This document shows, in pieces, positions 16,549 through 27,893 of a stretch of 64,000 bases of DNA (its first letter is position 1; each line of letters starts with the position of its first letter). Origin of the DNA: a virus (Duplodnaviria > Caudoviricetes); the IMG/VR virus record IMGVR_UViG_3300025121_000013; one strand, 5' to 3'. Under the pieces are notes generated by a model, which saw only the letters and a program-made list of their open reading frames with translations, was not told where the DNA came from and ran no database searches. A program made the position numbers and the translations under genes.

Positions 16549-18894
16549 ATGCATCTTATTGGCCGAATCGGAATCATGCCTTCAGGAACTCCACCTGGCC
16601 CCACTTATATTTTGAATATGCCCCTTTTATTAAATTTTACGGATACGATTAGCAGTACATCTGGAACGACTTCTAGAACTGGCTCGGGCATGAATCCAAC
16701 CGGAGGTATTTTAGTTCAAGACACAGAAAATCAACCTGTTTTTAATGATGGATTAATTTATGTGCCACAAATTACAAATTATAGCATTGGAGAAACTTTA
16801 AGTAGTTCACAATATTGGAATTATATAGATGTGAGTATTGGGTCTGGAATTATCTCTTCGCCTTTATCTGGAGTCAATTCAGATTCAATTCAAGCGATAA
16901 ATGGTTTTGGTGGTTTCGGGCTTCATCTTCTTTTTGGAAAATATTCGGGAAGCAGAATCCCTGCTGTTGAAAATGATAATTTTTTAGTCATGGCGGCAAC
17001 GAAAAATGGGATATATAATGGAGCGTTAGGATTTAATTTTAGCAATAGCGGTGTCCCAGTTTCTTTACCTGTCGCTGTGGTAAATAATGGCGTAATCACT
17101 CTTGAGACAGATCTTCTTTCCGCTGGAGGAACTTTTAATTTTTCTGGCATAATTTCTTTATCAAATGGGTGGAGTATTATTTATATCTCAGGAACGGCTC
17201 CTGCCGGAATTGATGGCATGGAACCAACAATCGCCATTTTTGATGGAAATAATCCATCTGTTAATGGAACCGGAACAAATGATTTTTATGTTTTTGGACT
17301 TTTGACTTTAAAAACAGATTATCCCCTTCCTATTTTAATAAGAGATGTTATTTTACCAAAAGTTAATTTTGGAGATTATTCAGATCATACTTTAATTACA
17401 GATTTAAATTGGGTTTATGGACCGGGTTGGGAAATTATGTCATCGACATTAATTAACCCAAATGTTCCAAATATTGATCCCGGAGAAGAAATTGTAAATT
17501 ATGATTTTTCAACTTGGACAGATCCTCAATGTCCAGATGGTTGGGCTTTAGAGTTCACCCCGGATTTAAATAATTATGTTGAACAAAGTGTGAGCGGGCA
17601 TCTTCATATTGTTTCAAATGGAGATACTAGAGTTATTTTATCCAAAGGTTTAAATACGTTATTTAATTATCTTTATCATCAAATTATTTTTACGTTAGAA
17701 CCTGGTGGAGGCGGTGTCATAGATCTTATATCAATCGGAAGGGATTTTTCAGGAGGGTATCCTTATATTAATAGAGATATCTCTGCAAATTTTACAATTG
17801 CCTCTATAGGAATTGGGCAAGGAGTTTTAAATGATGCGCTATTTCTCAGAGCTGGAGAAGTACTTGATTTAGTTGTAGAATCTATTTCATCGAAGCCAGT
17901 CACTGATATTGAAAATTGTTTAGCCTGTGTCACGACACAAGACTATACCGATAGTTTTGAAATTGAGTGTGCAGTGGGAGGCCAGGGTGTTGGTGGATTA
18001 TTTATGATGGTGGACGATCCAACAAATCCTCAATATGGAGTTTTTGCCATAACTAATCGAGGAGGGGGATTTATAATCGCCTTAGTCGCTGGGGCGTACG
18101 CTCTTATCGATTCAATTTTTATTGGAGACTATGATCCTAAAACTATAAATTTCGCAATTACACAATTACCTTCTGGTGGAGGCTTACAAGTTAGAGCAAT
18201 TTTCTCTCCTACTCATTGGGTCACTGCCAATATTGACGATTCAATTTATACCTTTGGAAATAATGGATATTATGGCGTAACGACAATTACTTGTTCAAGT
18301 AATGAAATGAGTTTTTATAATTGTGATTTTCCTTTACCAGATTTTAATAGATCTGAGGATATAAATACTTTTGTCAGAACCGCAAGTTTAGATAATGCGC
18401 TTTCAGATGAAGGGACATGTGTGGCTCAGATTATCCCATGGTTTGACTCGAGTGATCAGAGTATTTGGGATGAAGCCGCTGCGACCCCTCCGGGAACAGT
18501 GATTGATTTAGTTAATTTAACCTCGACCATAGGTGGAGGCATGAGTCTATATTTTCCGGCTGGAGGTTCATCAACTGATATTGTTTTAATTTATCTTGAT
18601 TTAGGAACATTTACAGCTGCGTCAGTTTCGTGTGAATTTACACGATTTGAGACTTTTTGGATTGGAATTCAATGGAGAAATAACGGAACTGAAGTTAGAA
18701 TGTGCAGACGTTTTAATGGCGAAGATTGGGTTTATGGCGCGTGGACGGCTACTACAGGTTTTGATTTAAGCAATCCAAATATGATTATTGGCGGTTCAGG
18801 AGGGGCTTCAAAAAGACCTTTCAAAACAAAAAATTTAAAAGCTACGGATTCTGTTTTGGATGTTGCCACTATGAACTCTCAATTTGGATTCTAA
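16549..18894 (+). CDS. large virion/adsorption protein (beta-sandwich-rich)
   Basis: 781 aa, Gly/Ser/Thr/Asp-rich, Lys-poor relative to the genome. Confidence 0.55.
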   Translation: MHLIGRIGIMPSGTPPGPTYILNMPLLLNFTDTISSTSGTTSRTGSGMNPTGGILVQDTENQPVFNDGLIYVPQITNYSIGETLSSSQYWNYIDVSIGSGIISSPLSGVNSDSIQAINGFGGFGLHLLFGKYSGSRIPAVENDNFLVMAATKNGIYNGALGFNFSNSGVPVSLPVAVVNNGVITLETDLLSAGGTFNFSGIISLSNGWSIIYISGTAPAGIDGMEPTIAIFDGNNPSVNGTGTNDFYVFGLLTLKTDYPLPILIRDVILPKVNFGDYSDHTLITDLNWVYGPGWEIMSSTLINPNVPNIDPGEEIVNYDFSTWTDPQCPDGWALEFTPDLNNYVEQSVSGHLHIVSNGDTRVILSKGLNTLFNYLYHQIIFTLEPGGGGVIDLISIGRDFSGGYPYINRDISANFTIASIGIGQGVLNDALFLRAGEVLDLVVESISSKPVTDIENCLACVTTQDYTDSFEIECAVGGQGVGGLFMMVDDPTNPQYGVFAITNRGGGFIIALVAGAYALIDSIFIGDYDPKTINFAITQLPSGGGLQVRAIFSPTHWVTANIDDSIYTFGNNGYYGVTTITCSSNEMSFYNCDFPLPDFNRSEDINTFVRTASLDNALSDEGTCVAQIIPWFDSSDQSIWDEAAATPPGTVIDLVNLTSTIGGGMSLYFPAGGSSTDIVLIYLDLGTFTAASVSCEFTRFETFWIGIQWRNNGTEVRMCRRFNGEDWVYGAWTATTGFDLSNPNMIIGGSGGASKRPFKTKNLKATDSVLDVATMNSQFGF

Positions 18895-19171
18895 AAAAAT
18901 GAATGAGAATATGAATAAAGCCCAAGAATTGTTTTTTGAAATGGTTGAATATTTAGTGAACAAATATAATTGTGAAATAGAAGAAATGAAATTAGATTCT
19001 TTTAATCTTCATGTTAAGATAAATGGAAATAAAAAAGATCAATCTCTTTGTTATATTGAAATAGATGTTTTATATAAATTGATTTATCAAAGAATGATGA
19101 CTGATTCTGATGATGAAAATGAATTGGATGAAAATAATACTTTTGACAATTGGAAACATTTGATTGTTTAG
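18884..19171 (+). CDS. hypothetical protein
   Basis: ORF track. Confidence 0.5.
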   Translation: MDSKKMNENMNKAQELFFEMVEYLVNKYNCEIEEMKLDSFNLHVKINGNKKDQSLCYIEIDVLYKLIYQRMMTDSDDENELDENNTFDNWKHLIV

Positions 19172-19183
19172 TAGGGGAATCCT

Positions 19184-19843
19184 ATGCCTATAAGCCAAAA
19201 ACAAATAAGAAATTTAGTTTTTTCATCTGTCTCTGAAGCTGAGAATAATGGAAATAATGGAGAATTTTGCGTTGTGCTTTCAACGAGAATGTTTTATAGA
19301 TATATAAAATATGGGGCGGCATATACAATTGATCATGTTGTGGTTTTAGAAACCGGCAATGGTGGAGATACAAGATGGGTTGCTGAAGCACATGGAAATT
19401 TGTACGGTTTGGATAGTGATGATCATCCACAATATTTATTGAGAACAGATAATATAAAAACCATTGGGCTGTCTTTATGTGATAAAGATACGGCGTTAAC
19501 AACGGGGCTTGAAAAGATTTGTCTTCCTATTCCCTCAGAATATGATCAATGGTATATTATCAATGTTCAATTACATGCGTCAACGGCTTCCACATCAGGA
19601 GGGGTTGAATGCAATTTAGATAAAAAAAGTATTTCAGATGATTCGACTTCTGAGATTTTAACACAGAATGTTTTTTTAGATCAAGATGAAAGGGACAGCT
19701 CTTCTGCTACGACCCAGCCAACAATTGATATTTTAAATAACCAGGTTTTTACCGGGGATGAATTATGGCCAGGAGTCATAGATGATGGGACTGGAGCAAA
19801 AGGGGTTATTATGACTATCACTTTAAGCCTCTATCAGATTTAG
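19184..19843 (+). CDS. virion protein, paralog of 21280-21789 (shared N-terminal module)
   Basis: MPISQKQIRNLVF...NGEFCV...YIKYG...IDH..VLET..G...RWV. Confidence 0.6.
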   Translation: MPISQKQIRNLVFSSVSEAENNGNNGEFCVVLSTRMFYRYIKYGAAYTIDHVVVLETGNGGDTRWVAEAHGNLYGLDSDDHPQYLLRTDNIKTIGLSLCDKDTALTTGLEKICLPIPSEYDQWYIINVQLHASTASTSGGVECNLDKKSISDDSTSEILTQNVFLDQDERDSSSATTQPTIDILNNQVFTGDELWPGVIDDGTGAKGVIMTITLSLYQI

Positions 19844-19853
19844 GAAAAAATAA

Positions 19854-20282
19854 ATGGCTGCGACTATTGAATTTTTAATTGCAAGAAGAGATGAAATTGA
19901 AGAGCATAGATGGAAACAAGGAGATATTATTGGAGCACATTTATCTCCTCATGCATGGGGAACAAAAGAACTTCTTCATTATTTGGTTGTTCCAGCAACA
20001 GGAATTTCTTTTGATAATGCAAGAAAATTAGCTGTGGAACTTTTAGAAAATGAAGATTTTTTAATTTCAAGAAGAATTGCAAAAAGAAAATATAAAATAC
20101 CATTAGAAATTATAAAAGATGGTTGGTATCCTGAAATGAGCATTCCTTTGATCTCTGATAAAACATTTGGAGATCAACCCCTTAAAGCTAATAATATTGT
20201 GATAGATTTTTCTGAACATGTATCAATTTGTTTTGACAAACAAAAAAATTCTTTTAAATATTTGACTAAAAAGGTAAAATAA
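19854..20282 (+). CDS. hypothetical protein
   Basis: ORF track. Confidence 0.6.
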   Translation: MAATIEFLIARRDEIEEHRWKQGDIIGAHLSPHAWGTKELLHYLVVPATGISFDNARKLAVELLENEDFLISRRIAKRKYKIPLEIIKDGWYPEMSIPLISDKTFGDQPLKANNIVIDFSEHVSICFDKQKNSFKYLTKKVK

Positions 20283-20286
20283 GAAT

Positions 20287-21240
20287 ATGGCCTCAGCCTG
20301 GATTATGCCATCAAGTTATAATATCAGTACATATGGAACTATTGGATACGATTATACTTTGCTTTCAGCGTGGGAAGGGGATACCGATATTAATCTTGTG
20401 CTTGCGGCAAAAGGAGAAGTTCTTCAATGTGCTGAAGGACTTTATGATGACAAAGTGGATATTAGTGCGGCAACTGCAAATACAAATTATTTTAGAGTTA
20501 TTATGCCAATTTCAGGACAAGAAAATGATGGAACCGCATTGACAGGCCCTAGATTTAATTGGACAACAAATGATTTATCTAACCTTTCATGGGCTTTTAC
20601 AATGACAGGGGAAAATGCTCCAGGATTTTATGGGGTGTCAATCACATCGACAAATCAAAATACTGCGGATAATATTGGAAATATTTTTATAAATGGATGT
20701 CCTAACGCAAAAGTTATTTCTTGTATAGGAAATGGCGGAACGAATATTGGTTCTGGAGCGTACTCAGGTTTACATGTTTATTCTATGGGGGGAGGAAACG
20801 CATATATTGTAAATACTATTATTTATAAAACTGAATATGGCTTTATTTGTAATCCAGTTGGGGGAACAGGGTATTTTTATAATTGTGATACTATTTCTTG
20901 TACTCAAGTTGGGTTTTATCTTGCCTCTGGAGTTGGTGTTTCAAAAAATTGTATATCTGAAAGCAATGGAACAAATTGGTTTGGGGCATGGACAAAAACT
21001 AATTTCACAGATGGCGGAGGGGTGGTTTTTCTTGATGCTTTGAATGATAATTATCATTTAGATCCCACTGACACAATTGCCAGGGGTCAAGGCTCTGATT
21101 TATCATCAGATCTTTCATATCCTTTTAATGACACAATTGAAAAAATCTTAAGAACTGCTCCTTGGGATATAGGCGCGACACAAGACGCTTCTTCCCCCCC
21201 TGTTACAGAGATAAAACAACTTTATTTTTATTTTATGTAA
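20287..21240 (+). CDS. putative right-handed beta-helix (tailspike-like) protein
   Basis: Repetitive N/G/C-rich short beta strands, C-terminal DNYHLDP...WDIGA motif. Confidence 0.5.
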   Translation: MASAWIMPSSYNISTYGTIGYDYTLLSAWEGDTDINLVLAAKGEVLQCAEGLYDDKVDISAATANTNYFRVIMPISGQENDGTALTGPRFNWTTNDLSNLSWAFTMTGENAPGFYGVSITSTNQNTADNIGNIFINGCPNAKVISCIGNGGTNIGSGAYSGLHVYSMGGGNAYIVNTIIYKTEYGFICNPVGGTGYFYNCDTISCTQVGFYLASGVGVSKNCISESNGTNWFGAWTKTNFTDGGGVVFLDALNDNYHLDPTDTIARGQGSDLSSDLSYPFNDTIEKILRTAPWDIGATQDASSPPVTEIKQLYFYFM

Positions 21241-21279
21241 AAAAATAAGATACCCTTGAGTTTTTGATAGGAATTTAAC

Positions 21280-21789
21280 ATGCCTATAAGTCAAAAACAA
21301 GTTAGAAATTTAATTTTTAATTCTATTGCACAAGCAGAAACAGAGGGAAGAAATGGAGAATATTGTGTCATATTAGAAGTCAATTCAATTTATAAATTTA
21401 TAAAATATGGATCTGAATATGTGATAGATCATTTAAGAGTTTTAGAAACGTCACAAGGAGAAGAATCTAGATGGGTTTCTTTTGCTGGAGAATATTCATA
21501 TGTGGACATAAAAAATTCTATTTTAATAAAACCATCTGATTATTTGATTAAAGAAATTGATCATACAATTTTAATTAATGGAAGTTTAAATTCTGTAAAT
21601 ATTTCTTTACCACCATCAAATGGTTTAGAAGGGAAAAAATATAATATAAAATGTATAAATGATTCTTTTCAATGTTCTGTAACCCCACATGGCCTTGAAA
21701 CTATTGATAACGAAAATTCCCCCATCACTTTAATTCAAAATGAGTCAGTCACAATTCAATCTGATAATACAAATTGGTGGATTATTTAA
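21280..21789 (+). CDS. virion protein, paralog of 19184-19843
   Basis: Shared ~65-aa N-terminus; different C-terminus (ISLPP...GKKYNIK...ETID...ITL...ESVTIQSD..NWWII). Confidence 0.6.
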   Translation: MPISQKQVRNLIFNSIAQAETEGRNGEYCVILEVNSIYKFIKYGSEYVIDHLRVLETSQGEESRWVSFAGEYSYVDIKNSILIKPSDYLIKEIDHTILINGSLNSVNISLPPSNGLEGKKYNIKCINDSFQCSVTPHGLETIDNENSPITLIQNESVTIQSDNTNWWII

Positions 21790-21837
21790 CCCAACCTTTT
21801 AATTTTTTCGAAATTTCCTTTAAAAGTTTTTTGTAGT

Positions 21838-23270
21838 TTGGAGAATATTCAAATGACAGTTTTACGGAAAATACATTTGACTGATTCTAATGAAATGAAC
21901 ATTGTTTCTAAAGAAGATATTAATGGAGATTTTAATCTTGGGGTTTCTGTAATTCAAAGTTGCCATATTGATCTAAATAATAGTTCTGAAGAAAATTTGA
22001 TAAGCAATGAAACATATATTGGATCGTCAACATGCACAGAAAATTTTACTGGAGTTCAAGTATGTTTAAAAACTGATCAAAATTGTATTGTATATTTGGA
22101 TCAATCTCATGATGGAACAAATTGGGACATAACAAATGATTTTGAATATTATTATTCAATGGGAGGAAAAGGCTGGATAATTCAATCAGTAACAATGTTT
22201 ATACGGGTTCGTGTTACAAATTTAAGTACAAATAACACAACCGTTTTTAGATTGCAAACAAGTTTTTGCCCAGTTTTATCGACTCTACCAAAAAGTCTAG
22301 ATAAAAAGGGACGTTTGAAAACCACAACAAGAATTATAGATTCAGAGAATGAAAAAGAAGTTTATATTACTTATGCCAGAGAAATGAAAACTATGCAACC
22401 AACAAGATTAATAGGAACGGCATTTCACGATAATACAAAAGATACAAATTTTTGGACAGAAACTGTGACTGGTTCTGGTTCAGCTTCTCAATCTGGAAAA
22501 ATAGTTTTAGGAACCGGGGCAACGGCAAATTCTACGGTAAAATATCAATCGAATAGAAAAGCAAGAAATATTGCCGGAACAATTAATAGTTTTAGAGGAG
22601 CGGTGTCTTTCACTTCAGACGCGACAAGTGACAATGTTAGAAGAGTTGGGTGTTTCGATTCAAATAATGGTTTTTTCTTTCAATTATCTGGAAACACTTT
22701 AAGTGTCGCAAATAGAGATTCTGGATCTGACACAATAGTTTCTTCAGGAGATTTTAATGGGACATATGGAAATGATTTTTTATGGATAATAATTATCATT
22801 GTTTAGTAATTGATTATTCCGCTATGGGGGCACAATTTTATGTCGATGAAATTTTATTACATGCAATAATCTGTGGCCTTGGCCCTTTAACAAATAGTCT
22901 CGTTTTTCCTTGCACTGTCGAAAATATAAATTCAAATGGGTATGGAGCGAATATTTTATTTACAATTCGAATGATGTCAATTAGTAGCTATGCAAAAATG
23001 TTAACCCTTCCAGTATATAAACATATTTCAACCTCGACCACAACTATTTGTAAATATGGCCCAGGCATGTTACATAAAATAGTTTTAAATAATCCGACAA
23101 ATAATTTTATTACAGTTTATGACAATACTGCGGCTTCAGGAAATATAATTGCTATTATTGATCCCGATGCCAGCGCAACACCAATTGGTTTAGAATATAA
23201 ATGTCCTTTTTTCACAGGGTTAACAATTGTGACAGAGGGAACTCCAGATTTGACTGTTATTTATGAATAA
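21838..23270 (+). CDS. virion protein split by a -1 frameshift (21838-22806 + 22782-23270)
   Basis: Junction GAT TTT TTA TGG; a -1 shift at T_TTT_TTA (22776-22782) joins the frames into ...GNDFFMDNNYHC... Confidence 0.6.
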
Positions 23271-23422
23271 TTTTTAAAAAATAAAATCTTAAAATTTTTA
23301 GTTTTAGTCTTTAACTTTTTTGGGAAAACTATTTAGATATATTTACAAAAAGTATGAACAAATTTTAAACCCCTTCTCAGGGTTGACTTTGAGCTTTTAA
23401 CCAAAAAAGTTGGAGGCTTATA

Positions 23423-24655
23423 ATGGGTAATGATTATTCAAAATTATATGATTTTGTTTTAACAAGTATTAAAGAAAATAAATCAAGACGAGAAACTTAC
23501 GAAAAAGCTGTTAATGATTATGAATACAAATCATCTTTTGAAGGCTTTAAAACTTTATGGAAAAGAGTTAATCGAAAGTTCAATAATTCAACCCCAATTA
23601 TAAAAAAATGGTTTCCCACTCCTGAAGAATTTAAAGAAAGTGTTATTCAAGATAATTCCTTTATAGATATCATTAAGAAAAAGAAAAATATAAAAATAAC
23701 AGAATTATGTGATTTGTTATATTGTCCCCCTATACGCATAATTGAATTTGTGGATTATTATAGATCAAAAGGTTATGAGATAAGTGTGTTTTCAGATTTT
23801 GTTTGTCTGAGTAAAGACGCCCCAAATTTAAATGTTTCAAAGGTTGAAAAATTAGAAGATAAAGAAATTATCTTTGGCGTTGCCTCTGATATTCACTTCG
23901 GTTCAACATCCTGCCAAATCACCGCTTTAAATGAATTCGCTGAGATATGTAAAAACAATAATGTTAAATATATGTTTTCTCCAGGAGATTTAGTTTCTGG
24001 AATTAAAATGTTTCCAGGTCATGAATATGACGTTTATGAAATGTCAGCCGAAGGCCAAGAAAATTCCGCAATTATAAATCTTCCAAAAGGTTTTATCTGG
24101 TATATTCTTGGCGGAAATCACGATTATTCTTTTATCACAAAAGGAGGCGGACATAATCCTTTGTTAAGAGTTTCATCAGAAAGAGAAGATGTAAATTATG
24201 TTGGGTATGATGAAGTCGATATTCCTATATTAAATGGTGTGGATATGAAAATGTGGCATCCTTCAGGTGGGGTTCCCTACGCTATGTCTTATAGATTACA
24301 AAAAGGAATTGAACAAGCTGCCTATAATGAATTATCTAGCATCGCTAATGGTTTGAAAAATAAACAGAGTTTGAGATTTGTTTTATGTGGTCATTTACAT
24401 ATTCAATTACAAGCAATGTTTGGCTCTATTTTTGGAGCACAATGTGGAACGTTTGAAGGAAAAACAAACTATTTAAAAAAGAAAGGTTTGACTCCAAATA
24501 TCGGCGGATATATTATCAAGGCTACATTAGATAAAAATGGAATGTTCAAAAACTTCTCAGCAAAATTTTATGTATTTCCTGAGATTGAAAATGATTGGAA
24601 AAATTATAAACATTCAGTAACAAATAATAAAATAGAAAAACCTATTTTTGGATAG
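23423..24655 (+). CDS. calcineurin-like metallophosphoesterase with an N-terminal extension
   Basis: SDIHFG, GDLVSG, GNHD, HP, GHLH motifs. Confidence 0.88.
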   Translation: MGNDYSKLYDFVLTSIKENKSRRETYEKAVNDYEYKSSFEGFKTLWKRVNRKFNNSTPIIKKWFPTPEEFKESVIQDNSFIDIIKKKKNIKITELCDLLYCPPIRIIEFVDYYRSKGYEISVFSDFVCLSKDAPNLNVSKVEKLEDKEIIFGVASDIHFGSTSCQITALNEFAEICKNNNVKYMFSPGDLVSGIKMFPGHEYDVYEMSAEGQENSAIINLPKGFIWYILGGNHDYSFITKGGGHNPLLRVSSEREDVNYVGYDEVDIPILNGVDMKMWHPSGGVPYAMSYRLQKGIEQAAYNELSSIANGLKNKQSLRFVLCGHLHIQLQAMFGSIFGAQCGTFEGKTNYLKKKGLTPNIGGYIIKATLDKNGMFKNFSAKFYVFPEIENDWKNYKHSVTNNKIEKPIFG

Positions 24656-24661
24656 GAAAAT

Positions 24662-25410
24662 ATGATGCTAATCGAAGAAAACTTGAGAAGAAATAATTCT
24701 TTTCTGGAGTGTGATCAAAAAGATAAATGTTTCTTTTGTGATATTCCTTTAATAGAAATTTGGCAGAGAATAACTGAAGAAACAAAAGGTTCAATTTCTG
24801 GACCAATTATGTATGAATGTAAGATATGTAAGCAGAAGTATTTAACACGAACATTTTTATTGAAAGGAAAAGAAAATGTCATCATTTAAAACGGAAGATG
24901 TTGTTGTACTGGTTATCGCGACTGTATGTTTTTCCACTGAGTCGGAAAAATTTTTTAAGATTATCTCGATACCTGGAAATATTCCTCCTTATGTGAAAGA
25001 AGTTTCTGTTGATTTTATATCTGTTCCTTTAAAAGAAATATTTTTAGACATTGATGATAAACAATACAAATTTTATAAATTTTTAGGTTTAGATAAACAA
25101 AAAACTTTTTTGGAATATAAAGAATTGTTTATATCTAGAGGTTGGGTTAAAAAGAACTGAAATGAAAAAAGAACTTGATGGAAATATTGTAGATATAGAT
25201 TTAGAAAATGTGAGATGTGAATTAAAAGATTTAGGGTTTTATTCTTTTCCAAAGGAATATTTTTCATATGATAAAATCCATCTAAATTATAATTTTAAAA
25301 TCTATTTTGAAAATAATCAACTATTATTTGAAGATAAAACACCTATCCCTGAAACAGAAGAAAATTTTATAGACTTATTGTATATCAAAGAACAGATGGA
25401 AAGGCTATAA
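24662..25410 (+). CDS. three small hypothetical proteins (24662-24889, 24876-25160, 25162-25410)
   Basis: ORF track, coupled starts and stops. Confidence 0.55.
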
Positions 25411-25411
25411 A

Positions 25412-26278
25412 ATGGATTTTAAAATTGTTATAGAAACTGATTCTCATTTTGAGAATATCTCTAATATATTAATCAATAATTTTAAAAGATTGAATTGTAA
25501 GGTTGAAGAAATAAAATATATTCCTTTTTCTTTGAAAGATAGCTATAATAATCTTTTTACTGGAGAATATATGTTTCCCTTAGGATCCATCAATATGATG
25601 AGATCATTACAGAGATGTGAAAAGAAAGAAAATTTGATTGATTTTTGTGGATGGCCTTTATTCTCTTTTACAAATTGTTTTATGAGTTATTCTCAAACTA
25701 CAAAAAATGAAAAACATTTTTTTAATTACCCTTTTATGGTTAGAGAATATTCTTTTTTAGAAAATGAAAATAGTATTATTTTTGGAGAGTATAAAGATAA
25801 TGGACATATTTTTATAAGGCCAGATAGTTCTGATAAATGTTTTGCAGGAAAGATATTTGATTTAAATTCTAGAGATTATAAAGAGGCTTTACAAAAAGCT
25901 ACAGATTGGTCATGTGAAGATGTTGAATATATTATCATTTCAAAACCAAAATATATTATGCAAGAATGCAGATTTATTATTTATAATAAAAATGTTATAA
26001 CCAGTTCAATATATAAAAACAATGGAAAAAATGTTAGTTATCCTGAAGAACAAACTCCTCAAGAAGCGGTAGAAAAAGCAAGGTATTTTTCAAATTATTA
26101 TTCTCCATATCCTTTATTCGTTTTAGATTTAGCTTGTGATGAAAATAATGTTTGGAAAATATTAGAGATTGGAAGCATTCATGTTTGTGGTTTATATAAT
26201 TGTAATCTTAAAAAAGTATGTGAAAGTATTTCAGATTATATGAAGAATTTAAAAGGAAAGGGGGTGACGTTTAACTAG
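25412..26278 (+). CDS. ATP-grasp domain protein (DUF4343-like)
   Basis: FIRPDSSDKCFAG, ECRFIIYNKNVITSSIY, FVLDLA...KILEIGS...CGLY. Confidence 0.75.
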   Translation: MDFKIVIETDSHFENISNILINNFKRLNCKVEEIKYIPFSLKDSYNNLFTGEYMFPLGSINMMRSLQRCEKKENLIDFCGWPLFSFTNCFMSYSQTTKNEKHFFNYPFMVREYSFLENENSIIFGEYKDNGHIFIRPDSSDKCFAGKIFDLNSRDYKEALQKATDWSCEDVEYIIISKPKYIMQECRFIIYNKNVITSSIYKNNGKNVSYPEEQTPQEAVEKARYFSNYYSPYPLFVLDLACDENNVWKILEIGSIHVCGLYNCNLKKVCESISDYMKNLKGKGVTFN

Positions 26279-26408
26279 GAGGAAAATAAATGCTTTTTAG
26301 ATTAATTATAAAAATGTGGGATATCTGGAATAATTTTAAATGGCTATTAGATGGTGAAGCCCCTAGAACTCCAAACTGGATCTTTAATTTAAAGAAAAAG
26401 GTTAAAAA

Positions 26409-27141
26409 ATGTTCTTAAAAATCATGGATCTATATAACAATACTGAAATATTTTTTATATATTATCTTACCACATTTTTGATTTGTTGTGGGTGGATAGT
26501 TTATGGTTATTTATTTTTATTAATTTGGAATTATTTTTTTGTAAATAAAAGTGTTATTAAATTTGTGATAGGGGTATTTTTAACTTCTATATATTTATTG
26601 TCCATAATTTTAGGAATAATTTTTTCACCAGTTATTTTTGAAACTGTAAAATTTTCCTTAGAAAATACTTTAATATAAAGGATTGAAAAATGCCTCTTTT
26701 TTTAGTTTTGGGACTTTTCTTAAGTAGTATTTTATCATTTTGCATAGTTTTAAAAATGGCTAAAATGGAGAAGATAAAGTTTCCTGAAAACAATTGGCAT
26801 GTAGTTCTGTATATTTCATTTTTATTTATGAGCATTTTATATTTTATTATTGCTGTGATTAGTTCTCTATTTCTATTTTTAAATTTTCTTTTGACGGGAA
26901 TCTAGAATTCTAAAGGAGTTGAGAAATGTCTATATTGGTGTTATTATTATTTATAGTTTTGGGGGTTGTTTTAGGAATTATCTCATTTTATCTATTTGAT
27001 ATATTTCACGATCCTGAACATATAATGGACTTAACTTTAAAATATATTTTTCTAATTTCATTTTTCATTTCTTGTGGAATTGTGATAGCCTCTTTCGGAA
27101 AAATATGTTTCAGAATTTTTGAAGCGATCTTTTTGATTTGA
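26409..27141 (+). CDS. three small two-TM membrane proteins (26409-26678, 26690-26905, 26926-27141)
   Basis: Almost entirely hydrophobic 71-89 aa ORFs. Confidence 0.55.
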
Positions 27142-27156
27142 TGGGAATGTTTTGAA

Positions 27157-27642
27157 ATGAAGAAACTGAAAAGTCCCAATTCTTCTCAAGAAAAATCTCT
27201 ACCTGAAGATAAATCTTTAGTTGTATGTCGTGAAAATCATTTAGATAAACACATCATTCGTCAAATTCCTCTTTCTATTTGGGATAAATCAAAAAATAAC
27301 AAAGTTCCTAAATCACTCGATAAAAGAGATAAGAAAGGAAATTCTATGCTCAGTATTAAGGAATGGCAAAAAGAAATCCATCAATGTGCTAAGGATCATG
27401 GATGGTGGGAGACAGAAAGAAATTTTCCAGAAATGCTTTGTTTAATTCATAGTGAAATATCTGAAGCTTTAGAGGGTTATATAAAAGGAGACGATGAAAA
27501 TATTAAGGAAGAATTAGCCGATGCAGTGATTAGAATTTTAGATTTGTGTGAACATATGGGGTTTGATTTAGAATTAGAAATTTCAAAGAAACATACGTAT
27601 AATCTAACTCGTCCTTATAGGCATGGCGGAAAAAAATGTTAA
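27157..27642 (+). CDS. MazG-like NTP pyrophosphohydrolase
   Basis: LIHSEISEALE...EELADAVIRILD; the true start may be MLSIKEW at 27346. Confidence 0.85.
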   Translation: MKKLKSPNSSQEKSLPEDKSLVVCRENHLDKHIIRQIPLSIWDKSKNNKVPKSLDKRDKKGNSMLSIKEWQKEIHQCAKDHGWWETERNFPEMLCLIHSEISEALEGYIKGDDENIKEELADAVIRILDLCEHMGFDLELEISKKHTYNLTRPYRHGGKKC

Positions 27643-27893
27643 CTTTTCCATACATTTGTGAAATGTTAATTGATCAAAATAAATATATCGGTGAAGATCC
27701 AATTGGTCATAGCTGTTCAAATAAAGCGCGGTTTACAAAAGATGGTTATTTAATATGTGAAAAATGTTTAATGATTTTAGAGAATGAACCTGAGAGAATT
27801 ACTTTTCCAAAATGTGGGCATGGAAAAGAATTTCAAGATGAAATAATTAGAAATGCTTTGATAGAAATCCAAAGGACTTTTTCTTATGATTAA
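27636..27893 (+). CDS. hypothetical Cys-containing protein
   Basis: ORF track. Confidence 0.5.
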   Translation: MLTFPYICEMLIDQNKYIGEDPIGHSCSNKARFTKDGYLICEKCLMILENEPERITFPKCGHGKEFQDEIIRNALIEIQRTFSYD

